64,000 nt of DNA from Candidatus Omnitrophota bacterium (GTDB taxonomy: Bacteria; Omnitrophota; Gorgyraeia; Zapsychrales; Fredricksoniimonadaceae), in contig CAIOPG010000017.1 in the NCBI GenBank assembly GCA_903860135.1, positions 11,364 to 75,363 on the forward strand, read 5' to 3'. The position numbers and the translations under genes were made by a program. Below are positions 29,579 to 38,357 of the stretch, piece by piece. The notes below the pieces were generated by a model. It ran no database searches, had not been told where the DNA came from, and saw only the letters and a list, made by a program, of their open reading frames with translations. Numbering within the stretch: position 1 is the stretch's first letter; each line of letters opens with the position of its first letter.

Positions 29579-32110
29579 TTGCGAAGGATAACAAAAACCT
29601 ATAAAGTAAAGCCTATGAAAAAACAAAATCCTGCTAAAGTGATCGCTTGGTTCATCTGCGCCCTCATCGCCCTGTGCATCGGCCTTTACTTCCGGCTTTA
29701 TCCTTTGTACCACAATGTGGCTTCTGACGCCTACGAGCAAGCGACCATGCTGGTTCTTGCCAAAATGCGCGCTGATATTGCGGGGCAAATCTCCAGTGCC
29801 TATCCGACTCTACCACCTGCCCAACAGCAACGGATCATCCAGGAACAGTTAAACCAGGCCCTCCGGACACAAAAAACAAAACTGCACGAGACGTTTGACA
29901 AAGTAAGCCGGGAAATACTCAAAAAGACCGGTGAGACCCGTCATTACCTTCAGGAATCCGATTCTTACTATTTTCTCGACCTGACACAAAACATCCTTGA
30001 AAAAGGCGATGTGAGTACCCAGGTGAACGGCAGTCAATATTTTAATAACCGCATGCTTGCCCCCATCGGCTACTGGGAACCGCAGACATGGCACCCGTAT
30101 ATCGGTGCATGGGTCTACAAAGCCGCAAAAGCATTGAACCCGGATATCGACGTCATGCGGGGCGTTGCGTTCACACCGCTGTTCCTTTTTCCTTTCATCC
30201 TGGGTGCTTTTTTCCTGGCCTGCCGTGCCTTTGGCTGTCAATGGCCTGCGGCTTTCACCGCATCGATCTTTTTCGCCCTTGCCCCCATTTACCTCCAGCG
30301 CAGTACCTATGCCTGGTATGATAACGACTCCTACAGCGTTTTATTCCCCCTGCTCAACATGGGGCTTACAGTCCTGGCATTAAAGTCGCTGGATAACACA
30401 CGCAAAGCCCTGATCTGGAGCGTTCTCGCCGGACTTTCGTTTGCCCTCTTCGCCCGCTTCTGGACCGGATGGAGCTTTTCCTGGGGCATCGCCATGGCCG
30501 CGCTCAGCCTCATGACCGTACGCGCCTATTTCTTTAAAGAACCGCGTCGCCACAATCTTGCCCTGGTGCTTCTCATGACCGGTGCCATCACCCTGACCTG
30601 TCTCACGGCCATGATCGGCTTAAACCAGTTCCTCGCCCTTTTCCCTCTGGCCGCCCAGGAACTCGGCAAATTCATTGCTCCCCGGCTCAAGGACTGGCCG
30701 GACCTTTTCATTGTTGTCGGTGAACTTCGCCGCGGTACAATGGCTGAATCTGTCATGCTGACCGGTGGTCCTGTTGTTTTTTATGGTGCCCTTGCCGCTT
30801 TCTTCATTTACGCCCGCGAGGCGGTCATCAAACATAAAAGCCCGTCGAATGCCATACTCCTGCTGGCTTTCTTTACAGGTGCCACCTTCCTGCTGGCCTT
30901 GAGTGCCGAACGCTTCGCGCTTCTTCTGTTAGCTCCGCTTTCCATTGCTTTTGCGGTTGCCCTCGAACAACTCTGGCAACGGCGCCGGCTCTGGGCAGAA
31001 AGACTCAAACTCCCCAATCAAACCATGGCCAAATCTTTGCTGTTACTATTTTTTATGGGAACCATCATCCCGTTGACAGCAACAAACCAGAATATCGCTT
31101 CATTCCTGCATCCCATCTTCAACTCCGCCTGGGACCGCGCCCTGACAGCCCTGCGCGAGAAGACACCCGAAAACAGCGTCATCAACACCTGGTGGTCTCC
31201 CGGGCACTTTGTCAAAGCTATCGCGCGGCGCAGCGTCACCTTCGACGGCGCATCCATTAAAGGCGAACAAGCCTACTGGCTGACAAAAGTTTATCTGAGC
31301 CCCAATGAAGAAGATGCCCTGGGGATCCTGCGTATGCTTAACACCAGCTCTAACCAGGCGTGTGAATGGTTGCAGGCCCTTGGCTGGCCGGTATCACGCG
31401 CCACAGCCTTGCTTGAAACGATCACACGCATGCCGCGCACCGACGCCAGCCATTACCTGAACGGTATCCTGAGCCCGGTGCAAGCCGCGGCCTTGCTTAA
31501 ACTGACGCATGGCACGCCGCCGCCTTCTTATCTGCTTATCTATAACGAAATCGTGGAAGGTAATGTCCTGCTCGGTTATGTCGGTAAATGGGATTTTACC
31601 CGCATCGAACAATTAAATGCCACCCCCGCCGCACTGAAAAAGATCCCCTCCCGGAGTTCCAAGAATTACATCGACTTCCTCTGGAGCTTAGTCGGCGGGC
31701 CGCTTCGCCAGAGCGAAACACTTTCCCCTGCCGGACGCAATGGCTCCAAGATCCTTTTTGACCAGGGCATGATCCTCGACACCGCTGATATGACGGTCGA
31801 GATCAATTCCCCCAAATTCGGCCGTGGCATCCCTGCGTCGGTGGTTTACCTGGACCCCGCCACCAACCGTGTGCAACAAAAAACGCTCCCCAACGCCACA
31901 ATGAGTTATAGTGCGGTGATCTTCAAGGACAACAACAACATCCCCCACGGCGTGCTCATGGATTCGTTGCTGGCCAATTCACTCATCATGAAATTGTATT
32001 ATTTTAACGGCCAAGGCCTCACGTATTTCAAACCTTTCGCCAAGGAACAAGACCTGAGTGGCCGCACAAAAATCTTGATCTACGCCGTCCAATGGCCGGC
32101 GGGATTTTGA
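29579..32110 (+). CDS. STT3/PglB/AglB-like oligosaccharyltransferase-family membrane protein (degenerate WWDYG motif)
   Basis: 843 aa with a multi-TM N-terminal half. At about residue 540, INTWWSPGHFVKAIARRSVTFDGASIKG is collinear with PglB [23 protein letters not shown] (WW-xx-G…V…T..DG). Divergent from the rest of the island. Confidence 0.7.
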   Translation: MRRITKTYKVKPMKKQNPAKVIAWFICALIALCIGLYFRLYPLYHNVASDAYEQATMLVLAKMRADIAGQISSAYPTLPPAQQQRIIQEQLNQALRTQKTKLHETFDKVSREILKKTGETRHYLQESDSYYFLDLTQNILEKGDVSTQVNGSQYFNNRMLAPIGYWEPQTWHPYIGAWVYKAAKALNPDIDVMRGVAFTPLFLFPFILGAFFLACRAFGCQWPAAFTASIFFALAPIYLQRSTYAWYDNDSYSVLFPLLNMGLTVLALKSLDNTRKALIWSVLAGLSFALFARFWTGWSFSWGIAMAALSLMTVRAYFFKEPRRHNLALVLLMTGAITLTCLTAMIGLNQFLALFPLAAQELGKFIAPRLKDWPDLFIVVGELRRGTMAESVMLTGGPVVFYGALAAFFIYAREAVIKHKSPSNAILLLAFFTGATFLLALSAERFALLLLAPLSIAFAVALEQLWQRRRLWAERLKLPNQTMAKSLLLLFFMGTIIPLTATNQNIASFLHPIFNSAWDRALTALREKTPENSVINTWWSPGHFVKAIARRSVTFDGASIKGEQAYWLTKVYLSPNEEDALGILRMLNTSSNQACEWLQALGWPVSRATALLETITRMPRTDASHYLNGILSPVQAAALLKLTHGTPPPSYLLIYNEIVEGNVLLGYVGKWDFTRIEQLNATPAALKKIPSRSSKNYIDFLWSLVGGPLRQSETLSPAGRNGSKILFDQGMILDTADMTVEINSPKFGRGIPASVVYLDPATNRVQQKTLPNATMSYSAVIFKDNNNIPHGVLMDSLLANSLIMKLYYFNGQGLTYFKPFAKEQDLSGRTKILIYAVQWPAGF

Positions 32111-32171
32111 TTAATCTTGTTTTTTAATTTTTTTTTGTTAATATAGTTTCTGTTCTTAAAATAGCTTATTT

Positions 32172-32247
32172 GGGTCGGTAGCTCAGTTGGGAGAGCGCCT
32201 CGTTCGCAATGAGGAGGCCGTGGGTTCAACTCCCATCCGATCCACCA
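32172..32247 (+). tRNA. tRNA-Ala (anticodon CGC)
   Basis: Cloverleaf folds as GGGTCGG acceptor / GCTC…GAGC D-arm / CCTCG-TTCGCAA-TGAGG anticodon arm / GTGGG-TTCAACT-CCCAT T-arm. It has the G3:U70 Ala identity pair and an encoded CCA. Confidence 0.9.
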
Positions 32248-32262
32248 TTTGATACAACAAAA

Positions 32263-32296
32263 AACCTTGTTCCAGACGGAGCAAGGTTTTTTGTTG
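32263..32296 (+). terminator. Rho-independent terminator after tRNA-Ala
   Basis: aaaaccttg…(12-nt loop)…caaggtttttt: a 7-9 bp stem followed by a T-run. Confidence 0.55.
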
Positions 32297-32423
32297 GTTT
32301 CAATACCAAAGAGAGGGGACGCCCTTCCGCTTTATCCCACGAGGCCACGCACCCCAAAGTCTTCCTGGCCCCCGCCAGCAAAGAGCGTATCCCGGTGATC
32401 GGGCGCCCCCCCTTATTTATAGC

Positions 32424-32690
32424 TCAACTGTTTGTATGGTAGTGTTCTACCACTTTTTGCGACAAATTTTCATACACCGCGGCTGAGCGGCACACAACCT
32501 GATCATACCAGCGATTATCCTTGCCCTGCTCCTGGGGCATGGAAATAAATAACCCCTTCTTGCCGTCGAGAAGGCGGATCCCGCGGATGACCAGTGTGTC
32601 GTTGACACAAACATCCGCAAAGGCTTTCAGGTTGCCGGCATCGGGCAAGCGATACATCTTTTCCACATTGAACGTAATACTCGACGACAT
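32424..32690 (-). CDS. spoVG: SpoVG-family protein
   Basis: Translation aligns with the SpoVG family (…NDTLVIRGIRLLDGKKGLFISMPQEQ…VVEHYH). 88 aa. Confidence 0.8.
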   Translation of the reverse strand: MSSSITFNVEKMYRLPDAGNLKAFADVCVNDTLVIRGIRLLDGKKGLFISMPQEQGKDNRWYDQVVCRSAAVYENLSQKVVEHYHTNS

Positions 32691-32943
32691 AACTCCTCCT
32701 TCAATTATGATTGATTGGGCTGGGGTCGCCCTTCACACAACAACTATATCACATGATTTGATGATTTGTCAATACTGCATTTGTCTTATGGACAACTTTT
32801 ATTCCAACCCCTGCCCTCTGCCATCAGTTAACTCTCAAGGCAGGATGTCGTTGCGCTAATCACTTAACATATTATTTTAATTAATAAATAGATTGTTGTA
32901 TCCTCAAAGCGTGCTAGGATAATCTTTCTAACAGGAGAAATAT

Positions 32944-33498
32944 ATGTTGAAGGAAATAGGCGCCCATATCCGGCAGATCCGCAAAATAAGAAAAATATCA
33001 CTGACCGAACTTTCCACGGCGAGCCAGGTTCAGATCGCTACCCTTTCACGCATCGAAAACGGAAAAATGACAGGAACGCTGGGGTCACACCTTAATATTG
33101 CCAAAGCCCTGGGCGTCAACCTGGCCGAACTTTATGAAGGCCTTGAAAAACCGGCTCTCACCGCCCTTAAGGCGGGAAACCCCACCGATATGTTGGTTTC
33201 CACCAACGACAAAATATCCTGCGCAATCCTCTCACGCCAGGCGGCATCCAAAAAGATGCTCCCACTGCTCATCAGGATGAATGGTCACACATCCACCGAT
33301 CCTGAACAGGGAAAACCGGGTGCTGAACGTTTCATCTTTGTGCTCGAAGGTACCGTGGCCATCAAGATCAAAGACCAGTCGGTCAAACTGGAAAAGAATG
33401 CGTCACTCTATTTCAGCGCGGCAACCACGCATATCATTGAGAATCCCGGCGCAACAGCCGCAAAATTAATCTCGATCATGACACCGGCATCCCTATGA
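32944..33498 (+). CDS. XRE-family HTH transcriptional regulator with C-terminal cupin domain
   Basis: N-terminal HTH (IRKIRKISLTELSTASQVQIATLSRIENGK). C-terminal cupin-like β region (FIFVLEGTVAIKIKDQ). Confidence 0.8.
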   Translation: MLKEIGAHIRQIRKIRKISLTELSTASQVQIATLSRIENGKMTGTLGSHLNIAKALGVNLAELYEGLEKPALTALKAGNPTDMLVSTNDKISCAILSRQAASKKMLPLLIRMNGHTSTDPEQGKPGAERFIFVLEGTVAIKIKDQSVKLEKNASLYFSAATTHIIENPGATAAKLISIMTPASL

Positions 33499-33842
33499 AT
33501 ATCATCCTGATCTATTCACCCGAAGAACGGATGCGTGAGGAAATGAAATCAGCCCTCGCGAACCACCTCCCCCTCATTGTCACCGAGGACCGCGCGCAAT
33601 GCCTTGATGCCCTGAAACAAAAATCAATCATTCACAAAGCCTTCCTGGCCGTCGTTGACGCTGATGATACCGCTGACCTCGAGCTCTTTGAAGAAGCCGC
33701 CGCCTTGCGGCCGGGCCTCAAGATGATCGCCACAGGCCGGCATGAAACAGAAGCGCTGGCCGTTGAAGCCGTTAACCATGGTGCTGACGGCTACATCCTG
33801 CTCCCGCTCACCCCTGACGCCATTATGACGGCGGCGCGCTAG
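33495..33842 (+). CDS. Stand-alone receiver (REC) domain protein
   Basis: CheY-like fold signature (ILIY…VVDADD…KMIATG). 4-bp overlap with the upstream regulator gene. Confidence 0.6.
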   Translation: MNIILIYSPEERMREEMKSALANHLPLIVTEDRAQCLDALKQKSIIHKAFLAVVDADDTADLELFEEAAALRPGLKMIATGRHETEALAVEAVNHGADGYILLPLTPDAIMTAAR

Positions 33843-33882
33843 GCGCATTTTCAGGGAACAATCGCATCAAGGGAAGAATATG

Positions 33883-34479
33883 CTATCGGGCAGACTGAAA
33901 GGCGGAATCCTGCCAAAGGCCGGCTCCGTCCTTACGGGCATCGCGAAAAGCCTGACGGAATTTCTCGGCATAACGGATGTTGGGAGGGATGGTCATGGGA
34001 TAGGCGTACCCGTTGCGGATAATATCCTCATTCACAAAAAGGCCGTCGTCGACACGGTAAACATACGCCAACAGGCGCCCGTATTTATCCCGCCTTTCGA
34101 TATCGAATTCCAGACGCACCTTGCGACCTTCCAGCAGTGAAGTTGTATACACACCCGCCCTGTGCCCCATGCGCAGAATATCGTCCACAGCGGTCCCTGA
34201 ACGACGGGCATCGCGCAGGAGTTTTTTGTTCTTACTGGATTCAGGCGTATCGATGCCGACAAAACGCACCTTTTCCCCGTTGGACAACTTGATCGTATCG
34301 CCGTCATAAACATAAACCACATCAATGGCTGTGTAGTCAGCAGGATCGATAGCGATCGGGGGTCGTGCTTTGCCCGGGAATGAGGGGCTATAGTGGAACA
34401 CCGCGAAGAAAAAGGCCATGAAGGCAAGAAGGTATAAGACCGGACGCACGTTGGCGAAAAAACTTGAAGGCTGACGCAT
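33883..34479 (-). CDS. Thermonuclease (SNase-like) family protein, membrane-anchored/exported
   Basis: YDGDTIKL…VRFVGIDTPE… match micrococcal-nuclease motifs. N-terminal hydrophobic segment. Confidence 0.75.
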   Translation of the reverse strand: MRQPSSFFANVRPVLYLLAFMAFFFAVFHYSPSFPGKARPPIAIDPADYTAIDVVYVYDGDTIKLSNGEKVRFVGIDTPESSKNKKLLRDARRSGTAVDDILRMGHRAGVYTTSLLEGRKVRLEFDIERRDKYGRLLAYVYRVDDGLFVNEDIIRNGYAYPMTIPPNIRYAEKFRQAFRDARKDGAGLWQDSAFQSAR

Positions 34480-34481
34480 GA

Positions 34482-35636
34482 TCAGTCAACGTCCTTCAGA
34501 CGGGTAAGGTGCGACGATGGATAGTAGAAATCCAGTATCTGGCGATAATTATAATGCGCCAAAGACATACGATAAGCTCCCCACTGGCATAAACCGACGC
34601 CATGCCCCCAGCCGAACCCGACAAAATCCACGAACCAGCCCTTCATTTCAATGTCATATTTATTGCTTCTGAGAATATTGGGCCCGATGATATCACGGAA
34701 CAACTTTCCTTCAACGATCTCCTCTTTGCCGTCGCGCGCGATGATCTTTAACTTTCTGACCCGGCCGCTTTTGTTGCGCTCTTCCACCTTGATCTCACGG
34801 ATAAGGCCAAGCGTGTACCCCCGGGCATCAAGGGCATCCTGAATATTCTTGAGACGGAAATTCTGGCGCCAGCGATAGTGCGGCGAGTCTATCGAAAAAG
34901 GCGACTGAACCCCGCCCTTCAGGGGCAGGATATCAATATCCCAAAGCTCGGCGGCATCTTCGGTAACCCCGCCGCTATTGGCATGAAAGAAAGCGGGAAA
35001 TATCTTGTCCTTGTACGTCAAGACCTCGCCGTGTGTCCGAGCCACCGCGATATTGGTGCGATAGCGTTCAGCCCCCCTGCCGCCGTACACCTGCGAATAA
35101 ACATCATTGGTCACGTCATAATCATGGGCCGCGAATTTTTCCATGGAATAAACAGCAAACGTGCGCGTCGCCACCGCCTGCGCCTTGATGGCATCGAGCG
35201 GCCACTGATCAGATATTTCACGGTAAAGCACGCCGCCGATATACTGTTCAAGCTCGATGATATTAACTACGGTAATATGCTCGCCGCGGTTATTGATCAC
35301 AAGGATATTGCCCCTGTAACGCTTGTCATTCACACTGACCAAAGCCCCGCGCCGCGGCATGATAAGCAGGCGCACCGCTTCATAAACATGCGGACCAAAA
35401 CGCGTCTTTCCTTTTTCCAGGGACACAAACGTCGGCGGCATCCGGGTGCCTGAATCCAGGCGGATACCGGTGGCAAAATCCATCACATCATAACGGCCTT
35501 CAACCGCCATGGTGAAATGATCTTGATCGCGCAAAAGGGCCACACGGATAAACCGCGCATCGGCCGTAACCAGTCCGTCCATCATAAAAAGGATGATCGG
35601 CAACAAAAAAAACGCACGTAGGAACATGGCCAGCAT
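34482..35636 (-). CDS. SpoIID/LytB-domain protein
   Basis: SpoIID/LytB family similarity across the C-terminal 250 aa (…QVYGGRG…FHANSGGVTEDA…GHGVGLCQWGA). N-terminal signal/TM. Confidence 0.75.
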   Translation of the reverse strand: MLAMFLRAFFLLPIILFMMDGLVTADARFIRVALLRDQDHFTMAVEGRYDVMDFATGIRLDSGTRMPPTFVSLEKGKTRFGPHVYEAVRLLIMPRRGALVSVNDKRYRGNILVINNRGEHITVVNIIELEQYIGGVLYREISDQWPLDAIKAQAVATRTFAVYSMEKFAAHDYDVTNDVYSQVYGGRGAERYRTNIAVARTHGEVLTYKDKIFPAFFHANSGGVTEDAAELWDIDILPLKGGVQSPFSIDSPHYRWRQNFRLKNIQDALDARGYTLGLIREIKVEERNKSGRVRKLKIIARDGKEEIVEGKLFRDIIGPNILRSNKYDIEMKGWFVDFVGFGWGHGVGLCQWGAYRMSLAHYNYRQILDFYYPSSHLTRLKDVD

Positions 35637-36628
35637 TATAGATGCCCCTTGGCCAGATCCGTCAGCTCGCGCCCGCGCGATGTCCGCCGGAGAAAACCCA
35701 TCTTGAGCAAATAGGGTTCAACCACATCAACGATCGTGTCTGTTTCCTCGTTCAGTGTGGCCGCCAGTGCCTCGATCCCGACGGGACCTCCGTTGTATTG
35801 GTCGCGCATGACCGTCAATATCTTGCGGTCAAACCGGTCCAACCCCTGGGCATCAATGTGCAGCCGGCCCATGGCCTCAACCACCACGGGCAGCCGCAAA
35901 ACAAGCCCGCCGGTCTTCACCTGGGCATAATCGCGCATGCGCTTTAAGAGACGATTGGCGATACGCGGGGTGCCGCGCGAACGGCGTGCCACTTCGAGGG
36001 CAGATTCCCCGTCGATATCCACATTCAGTTTCCTGGCCGAGCGCGCAATGATCTCGGCGAGGTCTTCAGGTTCATAAAAATCAAGGTGATGGAATATCCC
36101 AAAACGATCCCTCAAGGGCGAAGCCAAAAGGCCACTGCGGGTCGTAGCCCCGATGAGCGTAAAAGGTTTTAAATTAAAGTTGATCGTGCGCGCGTAAGGA
36201 CCTTTGTCGACGATAAAGTCGATCTGGAAATTCTCCATGGCCGGGTAAAGGAATTCCTCGACGGTCTTTGCCAAACGATGGATCTCGTCAATAAAAAGGA
36301 TATCGCCCTTCTCGAGATTGGTCAGGATGCCGATAAAATCACCCGCGCGCTCGATGGCCGGCCCCGACGTAACGGTGATCTTCCCGCCCATCTCATGAGC
36401 AATAATATGCGCCAGCGACGTTTTTCCAAGCCCCGGAGGTCCTGAAAAAAGCATATGCTCCAGTGGCTCCCCCCGCTGGCGAGCCGCCTCGACAGCCACC
36501 CTTATATTGGCCACAAGCTCTTTCTGGCCAACAAAATCCTCAAGCTTCGCCGGGCGCAGGGACAAGCTTGTAACCCGGTCCTCTTCGGTCTCATGAGTAT
36601 TGAGCGCAACGCGTTTTAGTTCTTCCAT
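35636..36628 (-). CDS. ruvB: Holliday junction branch-migration helicase RuvB
   Basis: LRP..L.DFVGQ…[14 protein letters not shown] Walker A, as in the AAA+ RuvB N-terminus. 330 aa. Confidence 0.9.
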   Translation of the reverse strand: MEELKRVALNTHETEEDRVTSLSLRPAKLEDFVGQKELVANIRVAVEAARQRGEPLEHMLFSGPPGLGKTSLAHIIAHEMGGKITVTSGPAIERAGDFIGILTNLEKGDILFIDEIHRLAKTVEEFLYPAMENFQIDFIVDKGPYARTINFNLKPFTLIGATTRSGLLASPLRDRFGIFHHLDFYEPEDLAEIIARSARKLNVDIDGESALEVARRSRGTPRIANRLLKRMRDYAQVKTGGLVLRLPVVVEAMGRLHIDAQGLDRFDRKILTVMRDQYNGGPVGIEALAATLNEETDTIVDVVEPYLLKMGFLRRTSRGRELTDLAKGHL

Positions 36629-37377
36629 CAGGTATCCGGTTGTTGCTGAACAACAATGTTTTCGGTGTTGCGCAAAAGTTCAATGTCCGCGAACATACGC
36701 TTCTGAGCGATCACCACTTCTTTCATCTTACATAATTCAAGGACAGCCATGAACGTGACGATCAGCTCCAAGCGGTCACGGGCTCCCTCAAACAGATCAC
36801 GCAGCATCATCCGCGGCCGGTCAACGAGCAGCTGAAGGATGCTGTGCACTTTTTCTTCTACCGTATATTCTTCCCGCTCAACTTCATAAATGGACTTGAC
36901 AGGCTTGTTCGCCATCGCCTGCGTTAAGGCGGTGATCAGGTCGAACAGATTGGCCTCAAAATAAACTTCCCGTGAATCCTCCCGCAAGCTGGCCAGTGCT
37001 TCTGCATCAGCACGACGGGCAAAAAGATCCTGGCGCTGTTCGGCTTTCAGTCGTAATTGCTCGGCTGCCTCCTTGATGAGCTGATACTCTTCAAGACGGC
37101 GCACGAGTTCGGTCCTCGGATCCTCCACCTCGGCAACTTCCGTCGGATCCGGTGGGAGGAGCATTTTTGACTTGATCTGCAACAAGGTGGCCGCCATGAC
37201 AAGAAAATCGCCGACCCCGTCGAGATCGAGTATTTTCATCATGTCGATATACCTGATATATTGATCTGTGACCTGGGCGATGGGGATATTGTAAATGTCA
37301 ACCTCATCCTTGCGGATAAGGTACAACAGAAGGTCCAAGGGGCCTTCAAAACTTTCAAGCTGGATCTTGCATGTCAT
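36628..37377 (-). CDS. scpA: Segregation and condensation protein A
   Basis: N-terminus [34 protein letters not shown] matches the ScpA signature. 249 aa. Confidence 0.85.
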   Translation of the reverse strand: MTCKIQLESFEGPLDLLLYLIRKDEVDIYNIPIAQVTDQYIRYIDMMKILDLDGVGDFLVMAATLLQIKSKMLLPPDPTEVAEVEDPRTELVRRLEEYQLIKEAAEQLRLKAEQRQDLFARRADAEALASLREDSREVYFEANLFDLITALTQAMANKPVKSIYEVEREEYTVEEKVHSILQLLVDRPRMMLRDLFEGARDRLELIVTFMAVLELCKMKEVVIAQKRMFADIELLRNTENIVVQQQPDT

Positions 37378-38357
37378 GCCTGAAAAACCGCTTGCCGCAC
37401 TTCTTTCATGGTCGCGGCGGCCATCGCCCCTGCCCGATCAGCGCCGTCACGGAGGATAGCTGAAATGTAGCCGCGGTCAGCCAGTAGCTTCTCCCGTTGC
37501 TCACGGATCGGACGCAAATATTCGATAAGGCCTTCGGCCAGTGTTTTCTTGCAATCTGTACACCCTTTAAGCGCCCCTTCACACCAGGCACAAACCTCGA
37601 TTTCTTTGGCTGGCAAGAATGCCCCGTAATAGGGGAACATGTTGCACGCTTTGGGGTGACCGGGATCCTTGAGCCGCTGACGCCCGGGGTCGGTCATCAT
37701 GCCGCTGACCTTGCGCCGTATCTCATCGGGCGTGTCGGAAAGATTGATGGTATTGCCGTAACTCTTCGACATCTTGCGCCCGTCAAGCCCCATGAGGCGC
37801 GGCACGGGTGTCAGGATCGCCGCACAATCCTCGAAAACATCTTTTTTATAAATGAAATTGAACCGACGTGCAATCTCGCGGGTCAATTCAAGGTGCGGCA
37901 ACTGATCTTCACCGATAGGGACCGCTGCGGCTTTATAAAGCAGAATATCCGCTGCCTGTAGCACAGGATAACCCAGGAAAGCATAAGTCTGCAGATCACG
38001 GGTCGTCACTTCACGCAGTTGTTCTTTATAGGTTGGGTTGCGTTCAAGCCAGCCCAACGGCGTAAGGCAGGCGAGGATCATCTGCAATTCAAGGTGCTGG
38101 GGCACATCTGACTGAACAAAAATAATCGAACGACGGGGATCAATCCCGCAGGCCAGCCAGTCGGCCGCCATTTCCACGCTATGGGACACCATGCCGCCAC
38201 TGTGTTCATACTCACCCATCAGCGCATGCCAGTCAGCAATGGAATACACGCAACAATGCGTGTCCTGCAATTTGACCCAGTTGTTCAGCGCCCCGACGAG
38301 GTGTCCCAGATGCAACTTGCCTGTCGGGCGCATGCCGCTGAATACCGTCTTCATCAC
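37374..38357 (-). CDS. trpS: Tryptophan--tRNA ligase
   Basis: Class I HIGH variant (TGKLHLGH) and KMSKS both present. 327 aa. Confidence 0.9.
   Translation of the reverse strand: MMKTVFSGMRPTGKLHLGHLVGALNNWVKLQDTHCCVYSIADWHALMGEYEHSGGMVSHSVEMAADWLACGIDPRRSIIFVQSDVPQHLELQMILACLTPLGWLERNPTYKEQLREVTTRDLQTYAFLGYPVLQAADILLYKAAAVPIGEDQLPHLELTREIARRFNFIYKKDVFEDCAAILTPVPRLMGLDGRKMSKSYGNTINLSDTPDEIRRKVSGMMTDPGRQRLKDPGHPKACNMFPYYGAFLPAKEIEVCAWCEGALKGCTDCKKTLAEGLIEYLRPIREQREKLLADRGYISAILRDGADRAGAMAAATMKEVRQAVFQA

Noticed and set aside
12504-32296. Island as an integrated prophage or ICE
   Set aside because: No integrase, transposase, relaxase, capsid or terminase-like translations appear anywhere in the six-frame track. 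The gene content is glycosylation-related.
32209-32442. 77-aa ORF overlapping tRNA-Ala
   Set aside because: It begins inside the tRNA gene and runs through the terminator; it is an artifact.
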